A DNA stretch of 64,000 bases from Chrysomallon squamiferum (GCA_012295275.1 CM022671.1:5394001-5458000), one strand, 5' to 3'; counted from the stretch's first letter, positions 44,283 through 58,433 are shown. Notes: a model not told the origin generated them from the letters alone. Program-made: numbers and translations.

Positions 44283-44393
44283 AACGCTGTTGAATGGTAA
44301 ACTAGTTTATGTGTTCAGACGTAATGTCGGGTTGTTAGGTTCGAACCTAAGGGAAGACAATTTGGTGCGTTTTTTTTTTTTTTTTTTTTTTTT
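44283..44393 (+). mobile_element. tRNA-derived SINE head / Pol III-like relic
   Basis: Perfect B-box GGTTCGAACC at 44338-44347, a weak A-box-like TGAATGGTAA ~47 nt upstream, and a T-run downstream. No cloverleaf could be built. Confidence 0.35.
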
Positions 44394-44812
44394 GGTTTCT
44401 GTGGAACGAGTTAACTCTTCGAGGTGAGTTTGTTCATTTCCTTTGTTTGGGATTAAATTTATTTATTTATTTATTTATTTTTCTTTTATTATTATTATTT
44501 TTTTTTTTTTAATTGTAAACTAATGTCTCTCTGCACGTATGTATGTCTTAGTGTCTATATATATAAACGTATTGTGTGATGTTATTGGTGTTGTTTAATT
44601 TAATTTTATTTTATTTTTTTTAATTATTTAATTAATTAATTAAAGAAAAAATATACAGAGAATAAGAGAAGGCGAGGAAATAACAAAAAACGTGGTTTGG
44701 ACATCGAGTCTTTCGTTTAGGTTCGTTTGACTTCAAAAAGAATTCATCATTTCTGCAAAAACCAGTCTAAGATCAGGAAGCATTAACAGCCTCACAGCTC
44801 GCTGCTTCTCGT

Positions 44813-45828
44813 TTCATTCTCTGACAACAGTTTTCATTTCACTAATTCGATAACCTGAATATCATCGGCTCCAGTTTCTCGAAAACTCGTCAATTTAGCA
44901 GTAACGATAAATAACCTATTTTAAGTCGAGTGATCACGTGGAGGCCATTTTGGAAATAAGCCTGTCGTCACTTCCTGCTTTTGACAGCCTGATCCCTCTC
45001 GAATGGGAAGTGGTTCCTTGGACACTAAAAGCATTCCTTGATCGCTATTTAATCAGGCTATTCAATATCGTGTTTAATCGGAAGCACTTCGTATAATAGG
45101 GGAGTGGGCGTGGAGAGAAGTGTACGTTACAGTTGGAAAATGTCACATTACAGCTAGCAGATATCAAGATTTACAGTCTGTTTTACAGATAAATATTTCC
45201 GTTTAACGGAAATTTTCTTTAGAAAACAAACAAAACAAATGAACTAAGATAACACACAGTTATTATTATTATTATTATTACTATTACTATTATTATTATT
45301 ATTATTATTATTATGTTTATTATTAGTTTGTCGTTGTCGACAATTAGTAGTGATGATAGTAGTAGTAATGTCCGCAAAATATCAGTTCTTATGGTAGTTG
45401 GTAAGTTGTGGTTGTATATATAAGAAGCAATTGTAGTAATTACAACACTGCACCATTATTATCATTATCTGGATCTGCATTCAACAACATTATCAGAAAC
45501 AACACCGTTGTGGCCAACAAAACCATAACATATTGCTGACAGTACAACAAGATCTTACTAATAATAGAAACTAAAACATTAAAGCTACCAACAAAAACTT
45601 AATCACCATTACCAGACTACCATAACATGACCAAAAGAATCGGACTTAACAACTGCGGCTGCAAATACGAATAAAACCAATGTCATTACTTGTAGTACCA
45701 GATAAGAAAAACATGAGTTTTATTACCAAGATCATTGCACCAGACACTCGTAAAATTCCAAATTTAGACAGAAAAAGAACAGACAGGCAGAATATTCAGA
45801 CATGCGATCCAACCATAATACCAAGGTT

Positions 45829-45910
<82 letters not shown>

Positions 45911-46070
45911 GGCTTAGAAAACGAGACAAAGGGTTTGTGTGTGTCACATTACAACTATTTGCCTACGATTCATTCTCTGACAACAGTTTTCATTTCACTA
46001 ATTCGAGAACCTGAATATCATCAACTCCAGTTTCTCGAAAACTCGTCAATTTAGCAGTAACGATAAATAA
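44813..46070. repeat. 102-bp direct repeat pair (44813-44914 and 45969-46070)
   Basis: Manual alignment gives 99/102 identity with an offset of 1156 bp. Confidence 0.95.
44915..45125. promoter_or_regulatory. Promoter-like motif cluster upstream of the USP exons
   Basis: Within about 200 bp: E-box TCACGTG (~44934), YY1-like GCCATTTTG (~44944), ETS-like CACTTCCTG (~44969) and CGGAAG (~45079), and Sp/KLF-like GGGGAGTGGGCGTGG (~45099). Motif matches only. Confidence 0.4.
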
Positions 46071-47314
46071 ATGTTGTGTATGTGTTTGTGTGTGTGTTTT
46101 TGTGTGTGTGTGTGTGTGTGTGTGTTTTGTGTGTGTGTGTGTACGTGTGTTTTTGTTTGTTTGTGTGTGTGAGTGATAGATAGACAGATACGGACTTACA
46201 GAAAGAAAGAAATATATAAAAAATCTGAAGCAAGCAGAATAATAACGTCTTGTCCAGCTGAATGTTTGTGCATTCTGCTTACTTTAATGAAAAAATGTGT
46301 CTTTCAATACACTGGTCTTTTCAGAAGTTGATGACTGAAACATGCACGCACCCACCCACTAGATGCGTACTCAGAAAACTGAAAACTCAGTCGTGTCGTG
46401 CAAATGCGAAATCAATAGCTAAACAGGGCGTGAGATTTCATCTCACAGTTCATTGAGAACCAACTACAAACATTAACGATATCTGTTGAAACACTTGCTC
46501 AGCAGAAAAATATGAATAATATATACGACGTGATAGAGATGGAAAGGAGGTTAAATATCTTTACGTTTGGAATGATTCAGAATAATACACAGAATAAAAG
46601 ATAATATTAACAGTAAATTCGTCTATAGAACTAAACAAAGGCGCATCATTGCTTCGGGCCAGCAGAAATCTGTTTTTTTCATGACCTTGAGAGAGAGAGG
46701 AAAAAACAAAACAATATTAATTACATGAATTTAGAAATGTTACAAGGTTAGTGATGTTTCTGGTACATGATTATTGTAACTAACAGTGGTGATAGGAGGT
46801 TGTTGTTGCGTTAATTAAAGGTTGTGACTTGACTGATTAAAGTGTTTTGATCACGTACGCAGACTTCGACAAAACAAATTGAATTGTTTCAGCTTGTTAT
46901 TTTTGTACGTTCACAGCATGCTTGTTATACAAATGACAGAAACATTATCAGTTATGTGACTCAAAAGCAAGAATGTTTCAGCTAATGCTCTCGGTAAATT
47001 TAAAATGGGAATAGGAAATACATAAAATTACATGAAAATAAAACATACGTACAGTTATATGGAAGGGAAAAAAAAAAGAAAAAAGAAAACAGGTTTTACA
47101 CATCAACGCATTCAGCATATTTAAAATAGAAACTTACGAGGAAAGAGGAAGTGTTTTTAACAACATACTCGTTATATTTAAAAAAAAAAAAAAAATTATA
47201 CAAAAAGAAGAAATAATCAATTAGTGACTCATTGGAGGCTCATTATACAGAGGCTTAAAGACATTAGAAATAACAAAACAAGAAATCCTTTGTCGTAACA
47301 GAATAATGGGTTTC

Positions 47315-47425
47315 TCTAGAGAGGAAATCTACTTCTTCCACAGTTCTTTGTTTCGAGTAGCAATAAGCGATCGTTTGTACATACCGTCCCATAAACAGAA
47401 AAGCCAAGTCTTTGATAAACGATAC
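47315..47425 (-). mobile_element. Degenerate SINE fragment, same family
   Basis: GAGGAAATCTAC...TTCGAGTAGCAATAAGCGATCGTTTGTACATACCGTCCCATAAACAGAAA is collinear with 62435-62525. Confidence 0.5.
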
Positions 47426-48115
47426 TGAGGGCACAGGTTTACCGTATGAGCAACGTGCCAGAGAAATGGTATTGATTTAGATTCCATGCATACTCAGAAT
47501 ATTCAATGAAATACAGCACAGTATCAAAAAAAAAAAAAAAAAGAACAAATATCAGAGAAACAAGTTAACGATTTTTTATTTTATTATTTTAAATTCAGTA
47601 AAAATGTCATCTCGACATTTTGATCGATACAAGTTTTCAAGTACTCTCTTGCTTTCTCTATTTCCTTGGTAAATATAAAATACATATGACGTTATAATGT
47701 GATCGATCAGTAAGTATTCTAGTCTATTAACGTAACGTTTGTATTTATTACATAACTGATTATTGTTTTAGTTTTTAGTTTCATTTATTTTGTTTATTTC
47801 AGATGACTATTAAAAAAATTATAATATGAAAAATTTAAACAAATAAAAACACCATGATAGGACAAGAAAGTTAAAAAGTATTTTCATCGTGTTCTATAAT
47901 AATTCTTACAGATATTGTTTTGTACACGACTAACGATAATGTAATAATGATAATTAGGTTTCTAGAACAATGGGTTACTAAATTTTCTTTTTTGTTTTAG
48001 TCAGTTTTAGGAATATAGTATAAATCATTTTATTTACTAAAAGAGTTTCTACCAGTGATAATGTATTGGATGAATTAATTAATTAATTAATATTTTTATT
48101 TATTTATTTATTTTT

Positions 48116-48194
<79 letters not shown>

Positions 48195-48239
48195 TTATTA
48201 TTATTATTATTTATTTTTTATTATTATTATTATTTTATT

Positions 48240-48284
<45 letters not shown>

Positions 48285-50264
48285 TTATTTTATATCATTA
48301 TTATTTTTTTAATATTAGTATTTACTACACTGTTAGTGTATAATTTGTAAAAAGAATTCTGCAGTGGTATTTACTGAACGACAAGAATGAATTCCAGACT
48401 CAAAAGCTGTCAGGGGCAGACACAGTTATACAGAGTCTGTGTTAGTGTGGTATTTATTACACTAACAGTTGCTTTACACTTTAACCTATTCTCATCTACT
48501 CAGTTATCCTATTTGTCTGGGCTGATAACACGAGAATCTAATTTCGCAACCCCAGAAAAAAAAAAAAATAAAGAAAGACAAAATACATCACCTGCTGCTT
48601 TTACCACTATAAAAACATCATTTTACTACTACTGCTCCTACTACTACTGCTGCTTCTACTACTACTGATACAACTACTACTAGTACTCGTTCTGTTACTA
48701 CAACTACGTCTATTACTTCTACAAGAACAACTTCTGTTATTAATTACTACTACTTCTACAGCAACAACAACAACTACTACTACTATTTCTATTACTACTG
48801 CTTTCTCTCCATCACAATCAAAGCGATATTAGTGTATCTACGCATCTCTGCCTGTCTTTTTAAATGTAAGAATAAAACAAAATACGTACTAAAACGAGTT
48901 AAACAATTTATCATAGCGAGCAGTCGCCCAGCAGCCGAACTCCATCGTAGATCCGACCCTGACTCTCCAGATTACGTGATGACATCAGTCTCAGTCACAG
49001 ATCTTGACCCCCATGTCCTGTACCTGTTTCACGCAGAATGCATCGTCTCAGGGCTGCCTGTCATCGCTCGATTCTGTGAACAGAGGCGACTCGGTGGGGT
49101 TATTTCTGTATCAAGCCTGTTAATAACGGTTGCGTGTCGACACAGACTGGCTGTCAGTCTTGCAGTTTGAGGACAAGATGAAACAAAATGGAATTCGTGA
49201 CCTGGCGGCTCAAGCAATTTGTTTTGTTCACTGGCGGGTCAATGTTTTTGTCGTCTTGCTTTGAAAACGCAGGTTACTATCGGATTTCTTACCAGTCCGT
49301 ATAGCGTTTTTTTTGTTGTTGTTAGGTTTTACTGGTTTAAAGGTCATCAGCTGTGTATCTTTTAAGATTAAGTCAGGACCTTTTTCTTTGGAAAGTGGTA
49401 AAGTACTAATGGTGGATGGGTGTATTTTAATTGATGATGGTCATGATGATGATTTATTTATTTTATTTTATTTCATTTTTTTTTTTTTTTTTTTTTTTTT
49501 TTCGCCAATAGATTATAAGAAAAGGGCTGTTTTTAGATCAATATTTAGAACACAGATATTTACATGATTATTCATGAGTTGATATTCATATTTTGGTCAC
49601 GAAACAATTCTGTCAACTGATATTCAAGTTATATGACAGAAGTCAACTATTTGTCTTTTCTACGTCCTTTACACTGGCGTGGATCGGGAAATTAGTTAAT
49701 AGATGCATCAGTGAGAATTGATGCCATAACTTATTATGCCTCAGCTAGAATTCTACTACTGATCTACAAGACTTTTGGTCTTATTTATAAAATATATTCG
49801 TTTTATGTTTTTTTTTTCTTGTTACATGACTCTGACACTTGTTTTTAATTTAAAGAATATAGTTATCGCGGTTTTTTTCTTTCAGAAATATGTCGATAAT
49901 GGTAAAAAAATTATATCATTATAGTTATATCCTTGCTGTATCTTCAGAAAAAAACAACAACAAAAGAACAAACAGCAACTGATACCAACGAAATGATGTT
50001 ATTTGTTTTACTATTATTTTTCTATTATTTAGTGGGTAAATATAGAGAAATCGTAAAATATCTACTTTCATTACAATTAAACTGACTGAAACAGTAGAGT
50101 GTCAACGTTCATCAGTATCTTCTTTATAGTTAAACGATCTTGTATGTCTTTAGTAAACAAATCCGGTAAAATGAAGCCACGGTCATAAACATTGATGGTT
50201 ATTTAGTTTAATATTCTCAGCAGCTATCGCCAAACATTTTAGAAACATAATGATAATGCTACCG

Positions 50265-50693
50265 CTATTTTCTAACCGCCAAGTAAGAGCATTAGGATCA
50301 AAAAGATATGATTACTGATATTTTCTAACTGTCGAGTATTGGCATGTTGATACTTGTATTAGGATCAATCTGATGTGACAAACGATATTTTCTAACTGTC
50401 GTGTTGATACCAGTTTTAGGATCAAAATGATGTAATTACTCTTATGTTCTGACCAGCAAAAGCGTGTTGATACCAACATTAGGATCAAAAAGATATCATT
50501 ATTGTTATTTTCTAACTGTCGAACAAAAGCATATTCATACTAGCATTAGGATAAAAAGATATGACTGTTGTTATATCCTGCCAAGTTTTAATCATGGATA
50601 TCAGTAATATCACTATACTAGCATTAGGATCAAAAGGATATAACTGTTGTTATTTCCTGTCAAGTGTTAATCACGGATATCAGCAATATCACT
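50265..50693. repeat. ~55-80-bp degenerate tandem repeat
   Basis: ATTAGGATCAAAAAGATATG...TATTTTCTAACTGTC...GTTGATAC recurs about 6 times. Confidence 0.85.
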
Positions 50694-51036
50694 AAAAAAA
50701 ATTGCGTGATATAACAAGAAATCTCGCCTCAATGACAAAACTGTTTTTTTTTTTTATTACTGGACGTGATGTAACCAATACACAGAAACGAGGCAGAGTT
50801 TGGGATTGTGAAGAATTAATGGATGATTTATATTTCTCGGAAACGTATCCAGTGTCAGATTGAAAACTGTTGTTTGTTCTAATGATGGGTGCGCGTGCCT
50901 GAACAAAAGACAACAGAATCTCTTTGTGACAGCCAGCGAAAAAAAACACCACCTTTAATTGTACGTTTAGTTTGTGTGATTATTTTCTTTCTAAATGACT
51001 GCTATTTTGGTTATTATGACATATGTATCGGAGATA

Positions 51037-51096
<60 letters not shown>

Positions 51097-51150
51097 TAAT
51101 AATAACAATAATAATCATAATAATAATTTATAATAATAACAATAATAATC

Positions 51151-51199
<49 letters not shown>

Positions 51200-51464
51200 T
51201 GATGATGATGAATGATAATAAGAAAGTGATGACAATGATGATGATGATGATGATATTCATTCATTTATCTTGTATCATTTTTATATTGCTATAGTGCTTG
51301 ATATTTTAGTTATAATTATATTAACATTATGAAAACAACAATAGTAGTACTAACCCTACAACTACCACTACTACTGTTAATAATAATACAATAATAAAAC
51401 AACAACAACAACAACAACAACAAAAATAATAATAATAATAATAATAATAAAAATAATAATAATA

Positions 51465-51530
<66 letters not shown>

Positions 51531-52181
51531 CTTTACTCATCTAACTTTAAAAAAACACCAAAAACTTTTATACATACATAAACATCAGTAAGGCTATTAA
51601 TCGAAAATATTGACTTTGTTTCAAAATTTTCTGAAAGTGTATGTACACAGAACTGATGCACAACCATAAACTTGTATACTCATCGCTTATTAAAACCTTT
51701 TTTGAGACTTTCTCTCTGACATTCAGCCGCGTCTGTGTAAATAACCTGTCATTTAGTGGAACTTCAGATCGAAAAATTTCATCAAAGATAACTAGATGTT
51801 TTTTTGTTTGTTGACGAAACATGTCTCCTAATGACAACGAAAATTATGGCTTAATAGCAGCTGATACAAGGTAAGGAATTGCAAACAAAGAGAGGTAATG
51901 AAAATGTTAATAAATCGAGTTTTAATATTTGTTGATGCATACAAATGACAATGTTATGTTTATAGTGTAATCACTTAGCCCAGCATTTAATTATAAAGAC
52001 AAAGGTTGAAGATGGATGAATGTACTCGTGTAAAGAAAGTAATCACAAACACGAATGAACGAATAATGACGCACACGCAAAAAAACATACAGTTTGTACA
52101 GAAATACGGAGAAATTTACAGAGGCAAATATCGATTTTAAAACAACAACAACAACAAAAACTAATACTAATACTAACTACT

Positions 52182-52214
<33 letters not shown>

Positions 52215-52629
52215 TTAAAAAAAATAAAAATCATTTGAAAGCATATAAAATGTTTTAAGAATTATTTCGTTCCCACTAATGGAGACACGAACAGACAAAA
52301 ATAAAAAAAAAATAAATAAAAAAATTAAAAAAAATAAATTGTACTTTATTATTAAGAATTTGTTTTTGTTTAAAAAGGAATGGTTTATAAATATAACATT
52401 TATCTATTATATTCATACTACGACATCAGTTCTTTAAAAATATTTTTCAGTTCACTTTAACACACTTCCTGTCCTAGTCATACGTTATGCATATTTTCAA
52501 GTCTTGTTATTACAAGCAATCATTTGGATGTGATAGCGTATGTGTTATCAAATATATCCACAACGTGACATGAATATTTTAAATAAATTAGTCTGTTACT
52601 TATGTTTCTTGCAACATGACGCTTATGAA

Positions 52630-52701
<72 letters not shown>

Positions 52702-53288
52702 CACTACTACTACTATAAATTAATAAAAACAATAATTATTAAATTTAAAAATGTTTAAAAAAATATATAAAAACAAGTTCAGTTTCAATTAAATAATAAC
52801 TTCACTTATCATTCATTGGACACATTCTTTCTTAAACGTACTTTTCTAATGAGAAGTTAACTGACAGAAAACAAAAACAACAACAGAAATAAAACAACAA
52901 CAACAAAAAAAAAACCAACAGACTCAATGAGATGACATTTTGCAAAGAAGAATAATTTATTCCAGTTCTAATTTAATTATTACTTCATTTTCCACTAATT
53001 AAACACTGTCTTTCTTAAAATCTTAACAGTTTTTACTGACACGGTATTAACAGACAAACGGAAACACGCGTATGCTGACTTCACATTTTCGCTTGGCAAA
53101 AACATAAAATTCAAATAACAGTAATATAAAACAAATCAATAACTATTTGTGAATTTGTCAAACGAGATTTATTTAAAACTGGACGAAATAAAGTCTGAAA
53201 CTTAATAGCTTAATGCTCATTGACATTTCTGCCAGTTTACTGTTATACGTTAACCGAGATCTTATTGAAAAATTGTAGAGCAACTTGG

Positions 53289-53320
<32 letters not shown>

Positions 53321-54581
53321 CTTCTTGGTTGTGACTACTTTATGTGTCACCTTCAGATAAATTGTAAGAGAGTTAGAAAATGATAAAAATTCTAAAGATT
53401 TATTGAGACTGAAGAAAAACAGATGTTAGAATTATTAATATTATCTTCATATCTTTACTGAATTGTAATTAAGTGGTACATGTGTTCATTATTATTCATT
53501 AGACTGACAGGTTTATTACAATGCAACTCTTTGACCGTGAAGTTTAAAAAAGGCGACTGTTTTATTTAATAATTCAAATACAGTCAGATACAATTAATTA
53601 TATATGTGAACCTAATACGTGTTCAGAGTACATTAAAATATAGCACGCTTATAACATAATGCAAACCATAAATACATCGTAATATAATAGTTTAATGGGT
53701 TTTTTAAATATTTTTGTTTGTTTTTATATGTGCTATATGAAGTAATATGTTTATTACATATTCAGAATGAATGCATCGTGAAGTAATTTGTTTATGACAT
53801 ATGCAGAATAACTTAATGACGTCACTAAGTGACAAGTATGTTTATAATAGATTTAAAATTATTTCAAAACATTAAGAAATAATAATTAGGCAATGGACGC
53901 CGATCATTACGAGAATTATGTATGTATGTACGTATGTACTTCTTGTATGTATTGTATGTATGTGTATGTACGTTTTTACTTTATGTATGTATGTATGTAT
54001 GTATGTCATACATGCATGTACGTATTTGTCTGTATAATATACATACGTATTTATTATTATTATGATTATTATTATTATTATTATTATTATGTTGTTGTTG
54101 TTGTTGTTGTTGTTATCATTATTATTATTATAACACAGTTACGAAATTTAAACATGTTTATAAGATACAGTTAAGAAAAACAGAGGTAGTATTTTGTGTT
54201 GAAATTAAAAACTAAGATAAATTCAATACTTCAGAGTTTGACACATTTCTGACATATCTAGAAACACGACGCCCAGGCGTGCTTAGCCAATAGCAAAATT
54301 TTGAATTATCTAATATTTTATGGCAAAATGGGAGACTCAGCAATGCGGAAAGACTCCCTAACCGTAGAAAATTTAATACAGGATCAAATATCATGCGTCT
54401 GTTTACGACTGGAGTGGTCTAGAGAGAAATTAAGTTCGATATTTCTGAGAAAGTGTGTCTAGAACATGGAATGAAGGAAAGAAAAAAAAAAAAAGAAGAA
54501 AAAAAAAATCGATGAATTTACTATTGTGTCATTGACTACATTATAAATGGATTTAAAAAACCAAATTATAATGAAATATAA

Positions 54582-54589
54582 TAAATAAA

Positions 54590-54679
<90 letters not shown>

Positions 54680-54850
54680 TTAATAATGATAATAATAATG
54701 ATGATGATAATAATAATAGTAATAATAATGATACTAATGATAATAATAATAACAGTAATTATAATGATGATGTTGATGATGATGATGATAATAATAATAA
54801 TGATGATAATAATAACAGTGATTATAATGATGATGATGATGTTGATGATG

Positions 54851-54885
<35 letters not shown>
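54582..54885. repeat. Long (AAT)n/(GAT)n microsatellite, representative (also ~4332-4400, 15332-15396, 27454-27513, 51041-51257, 51390-51530)
   Basis: Directly visible. Source of the poly-I/N/L/Y ORFs. Confidence 0.95.
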
Positions 54886-54888
<3 letters not shown>

Positions 54889-55370
54889 CAAATCAAATAA
54901 CACAAATAATAAAGAAAAACACCACTGTCCCAAAATCTATATTTTAAAAATGTTGTTCTTATTATTATTATTATTGTCGTTTTTGTTATTGTTATTAATG
55001 ATGATGATGATGATGGCAGTATTATATTCTGCATTATACATCATTTAATTTGTTTACCACACCAACTGCATGTATTTTCGAAAATTTTATTTTTTTTTTT
55101 TTTTTTTTTTAAAAATAAGTCTGGTTTATGTTTATGTTATTCTCGAAACAGCAGTCGGCACTGGAAACCACCTGGAGAGGCAGAACAAGTTTGACATAAT
55201 TTTCTAAGCGAGTAATTTGTTCTTCTGGGAAAACATAACGCCAGAACTTATTAAAACAAATTTGTTTTCTTGTAAAGAGCTAACGCTAATATATATTTTC
55301 ATGCAAAATGACAACAACAACCAAAAAAATCATTAATGTTTTGTTCTATATTAGTCATTTTGTTTAAGGG

Positions 55371-55470
<100 letters not shown>

Positions 55471-55850
55471 TTCGAGAAAATGTTGAATTATCCTATGTAC
55501 AATCAGCTAATGTTTACGTTGCTACTTACTAAACGATTATCAAACAAACTGACACGGAGGGTCAAGGTCATACGTCTGAACCTTGACTGGATTGTTTAAA
55601 CATAATATTTACCTTATGACTGATTTGTACTGTTTAATATTTATTAGTTCTTTCATAATAATATTAATTCAAATTGTTTTAATTCTAGAACATCAGTGAT
55701 CAGTAATATTTACTGTACAACTGTAATCAAAAGTGTCATTTGTTTTTCAACAGTGTAAGCTTTGACTTAGTAAGATTATATATATTCGAGAAGCATTTTC
55801 AACAATGTTATTTAGTATGTTTAATAATAATAATAATAATAATAATAATT

Positions 55851-55885
<35 letters not shown>

Positions 55886-56310
55886 ATAAAAATAATATTG
55901 CTACTACTACTACTACTGCGACTAAGAATACTACTATTACAACGACTATTACTACTATTACTACTGTCAGTACAATTACTACATCTATTACTAATCTGGA
56001 GAAAAAAAGAAGAAAGAATTTTCAGATTAAAATGATGTATGTAAGTCATATTGCCAGAACACGTGGTGGAATTTTTTTACGATGGTATTTACTACACCAC
56101 TAGCTGGTATTTCTGAATCGACGGCTGCTGCCAGACACCTGCTGCGAAAGAAACAAAACTGATGGTTGGAATCTGGCAGCTACGAATGAGAGCGATCAGA
56201 AAGGAGGATAATAAAACACAGGCGACTCAATTGTACGAGTAAAACACGTTTTTAAAGACGCTACGTCTAGATCGAGTAACGTAGAAAATAATGTTGTTTT
56301 TGTTTTGTTC

Positions 56311-56349
56311 AGAAAGAGAGAGAGAGAGAAAAAGAGAGGAGAAAGAGAG

Positions 56350-56435
<86 letters not shown>

Positions 56436-56568
56436 AGAAAAGACGAAAGAGAGAAAGAAAAAGAAAGAGACGAAAGGGTGAGAGAGAGAGAGAGAGAAAG
56501 AGAGAAAGAGTGAAAAAGACGAAAGAGAGAAAGAAAAAGAAAGAGACGAAAGGGTGAGAGAGAGCGAG

Positions 56569-56633
<65 letters not shown>

Positions 56634-56740
56634 AAAGAGGAAAAAAAAAGAAAAAAGACGAAAGAGAGAGGAAGAAAAAAAGAAAGAGACGAAAGGGAGA
56701 GAGAGAGAAAGAGAGATAGAGAGAAATAACGAGGAAGAAA
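56311..56740. repeat. ~430-bp polypurine tract, (GA)n with an internally repeated AAAGACGAAAGAGAGAAAGAAAAAGAAAGAGACGAAAGGG unit
   Basis: Directly visible. The unit occurs twice nearly exactly, with a third degenerate copy. Confidence 0.9.
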
Positions 56741-58365
56741 AATTACTCGTGTATCTTTAAAGCAGTCACGAGATAAATGTATCAATGTTAACATTGTAAT
56801 TTACGTTAGTTTCAAGATGAGTCATGTTTCTCGTTATTTTCCAAATTACTTCAACATGCAGGAAATGTGGCTCTTAGTGCACGTAAGTGTTTACATTGAT
56901 ATGAACACAAGTCTACAAAACAGACTTTAAAAAAATAGAATAAAAAATGTAAAAACAAATAAAATTAAAAATTAAAAAAAAAAAAAAAAAAAAAAGATTG
57001 GCACCTGATTGAGTCAAAGATTGACGCGTCTGAACCTTTATTGTAAACAGAATCAGAGACTGGGTGTCAGATAAACATTTTATATCAAATTTATCATAAA
57101 ATATGTGTGAGTTTTATCTCGCGTGGACAAGCTGGTTGATAAACCAGTATTACGTTTTCCTTTACTCAGAAAATCACAAGACAAAGCAGTTCTAATAAAA
57201 AAAAAAAAAAAAAAAAATTAATTTTTTTTATTTTTAAATAAACATTTCCAAAATGTCAGGACACCACGTACCACAGACTTTGGTAGAAAAAATAAAAAAT
57301 AAATAAACGCGAGGCTCTGGGTGAATGGTAAATAGTCAAATAACAGCACCTAGCAGAAGTGTCGGTTAAAAAACGAACGCCAGTCATAATGTTACAACTC
57401 ACTCATTCTATTTAATATTTTATTTACATGTGTTGGTCTTGTCAGATGTTTTAGGATGTTTTATTTAACAAGAATCTATTAATAAATAATGGACATGCTT
57501 CACGACAGACTAAGAGTTTGTTGTTAATACCTGAAGTATACCGGGGTGAAGAATGTATTAATGCTGTAACAAAATAACGTACATGAACAAAGAAAGAAAG
57601 AGAGAAAGAAAGAGGAAAGAACTAAAGAAAAATATCAAAGAAGAAAGCACTAAAGAAAAAGAAAGAGGAAAAATAATGAAAAAGAAATGAAAAAGAAATA
57701 AAGAAAAAAGACAAAAGAAATAAAGAAATAAAGAAAGAAAAAGAATGAAAACAGAGAAATAAAATACAAAAGAAAGAAGACTGATAAAAAATTTATTACA
57801 CCCATTTATTTTAAAATCGTAGAACAAAAATTACAGTTTACTGGTCAGTTCTGAAACATTCATTTTTCATTTCTGCTTCCATGACAACTGCAGAATGACA
57901 GAAGACCAATAAAGTCCACCGAAAAGATGTTTTGTCAGAGACCATAAAATGACTGAAAAAAAATATATATTAGTCACGGACCATTTTGTGACATGTTTTA
58001 TTTATGTGCCGCTGATAAATGTTGCTCTTTTCCACCAACGCATCTTGTGATAAATGTGATGGGAAACATCCTAGTGACGCCATTTCTGTTTTAAACATTA
58101 ATGGCTGGTGAGACAGCGAGGTGAGTTCTCGTTAACAGAGAGGCAAGAGGGGAAAAAAAAAAAAAAAAAAAAAAAAACAGATTTGATTTGTTGAAGTTTC
58201 ATAATGAAGAATAACGTAAAATCAAATCAAATCGAAATAAATAATTTTGTGTGAGTGTTCGTATATGTGTGTTTGTTTGTGTGTGTATGCGCATGTGTGT
58301 GTTTTTATGTATTGAACAAAGTTTGGTTAGTCTTAATTATTTTTTTATATACTGATATGATTTTT

Positions 58366-58433
<68 letters not shown>

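Noticed and set aside
44283-44360. Functional tRNA gene
   Set aside because: The B-box is present but there is no acceptor-stem or anticodon-arm pairing. Treated as a SINE-like relic.
45732-45830. RTLVLWLDRMSEYSACLF as the missing USP beta1 exon
   Set aside because: Only superficial similarity. No start codon upstream of the motif, no suitable phase-1 donor, and it emerges directly from a (CT)n tract.
34352-50693. Tandem arrays (34352, 38745, 50265) as CRISPR-like arrays
   Set aside because: Units are degenerate along their whole length with no unique spacers, there are no cas genes, and the context is eukaryotic.
56080-56145. RCLAAAVDSEIPASG after a minus-strand acceptor-like site as the USP beta1 exon
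   Set aside because: Lacks the S..A(F/L) helix pattern and a convincing phase-1 donor at the required position.
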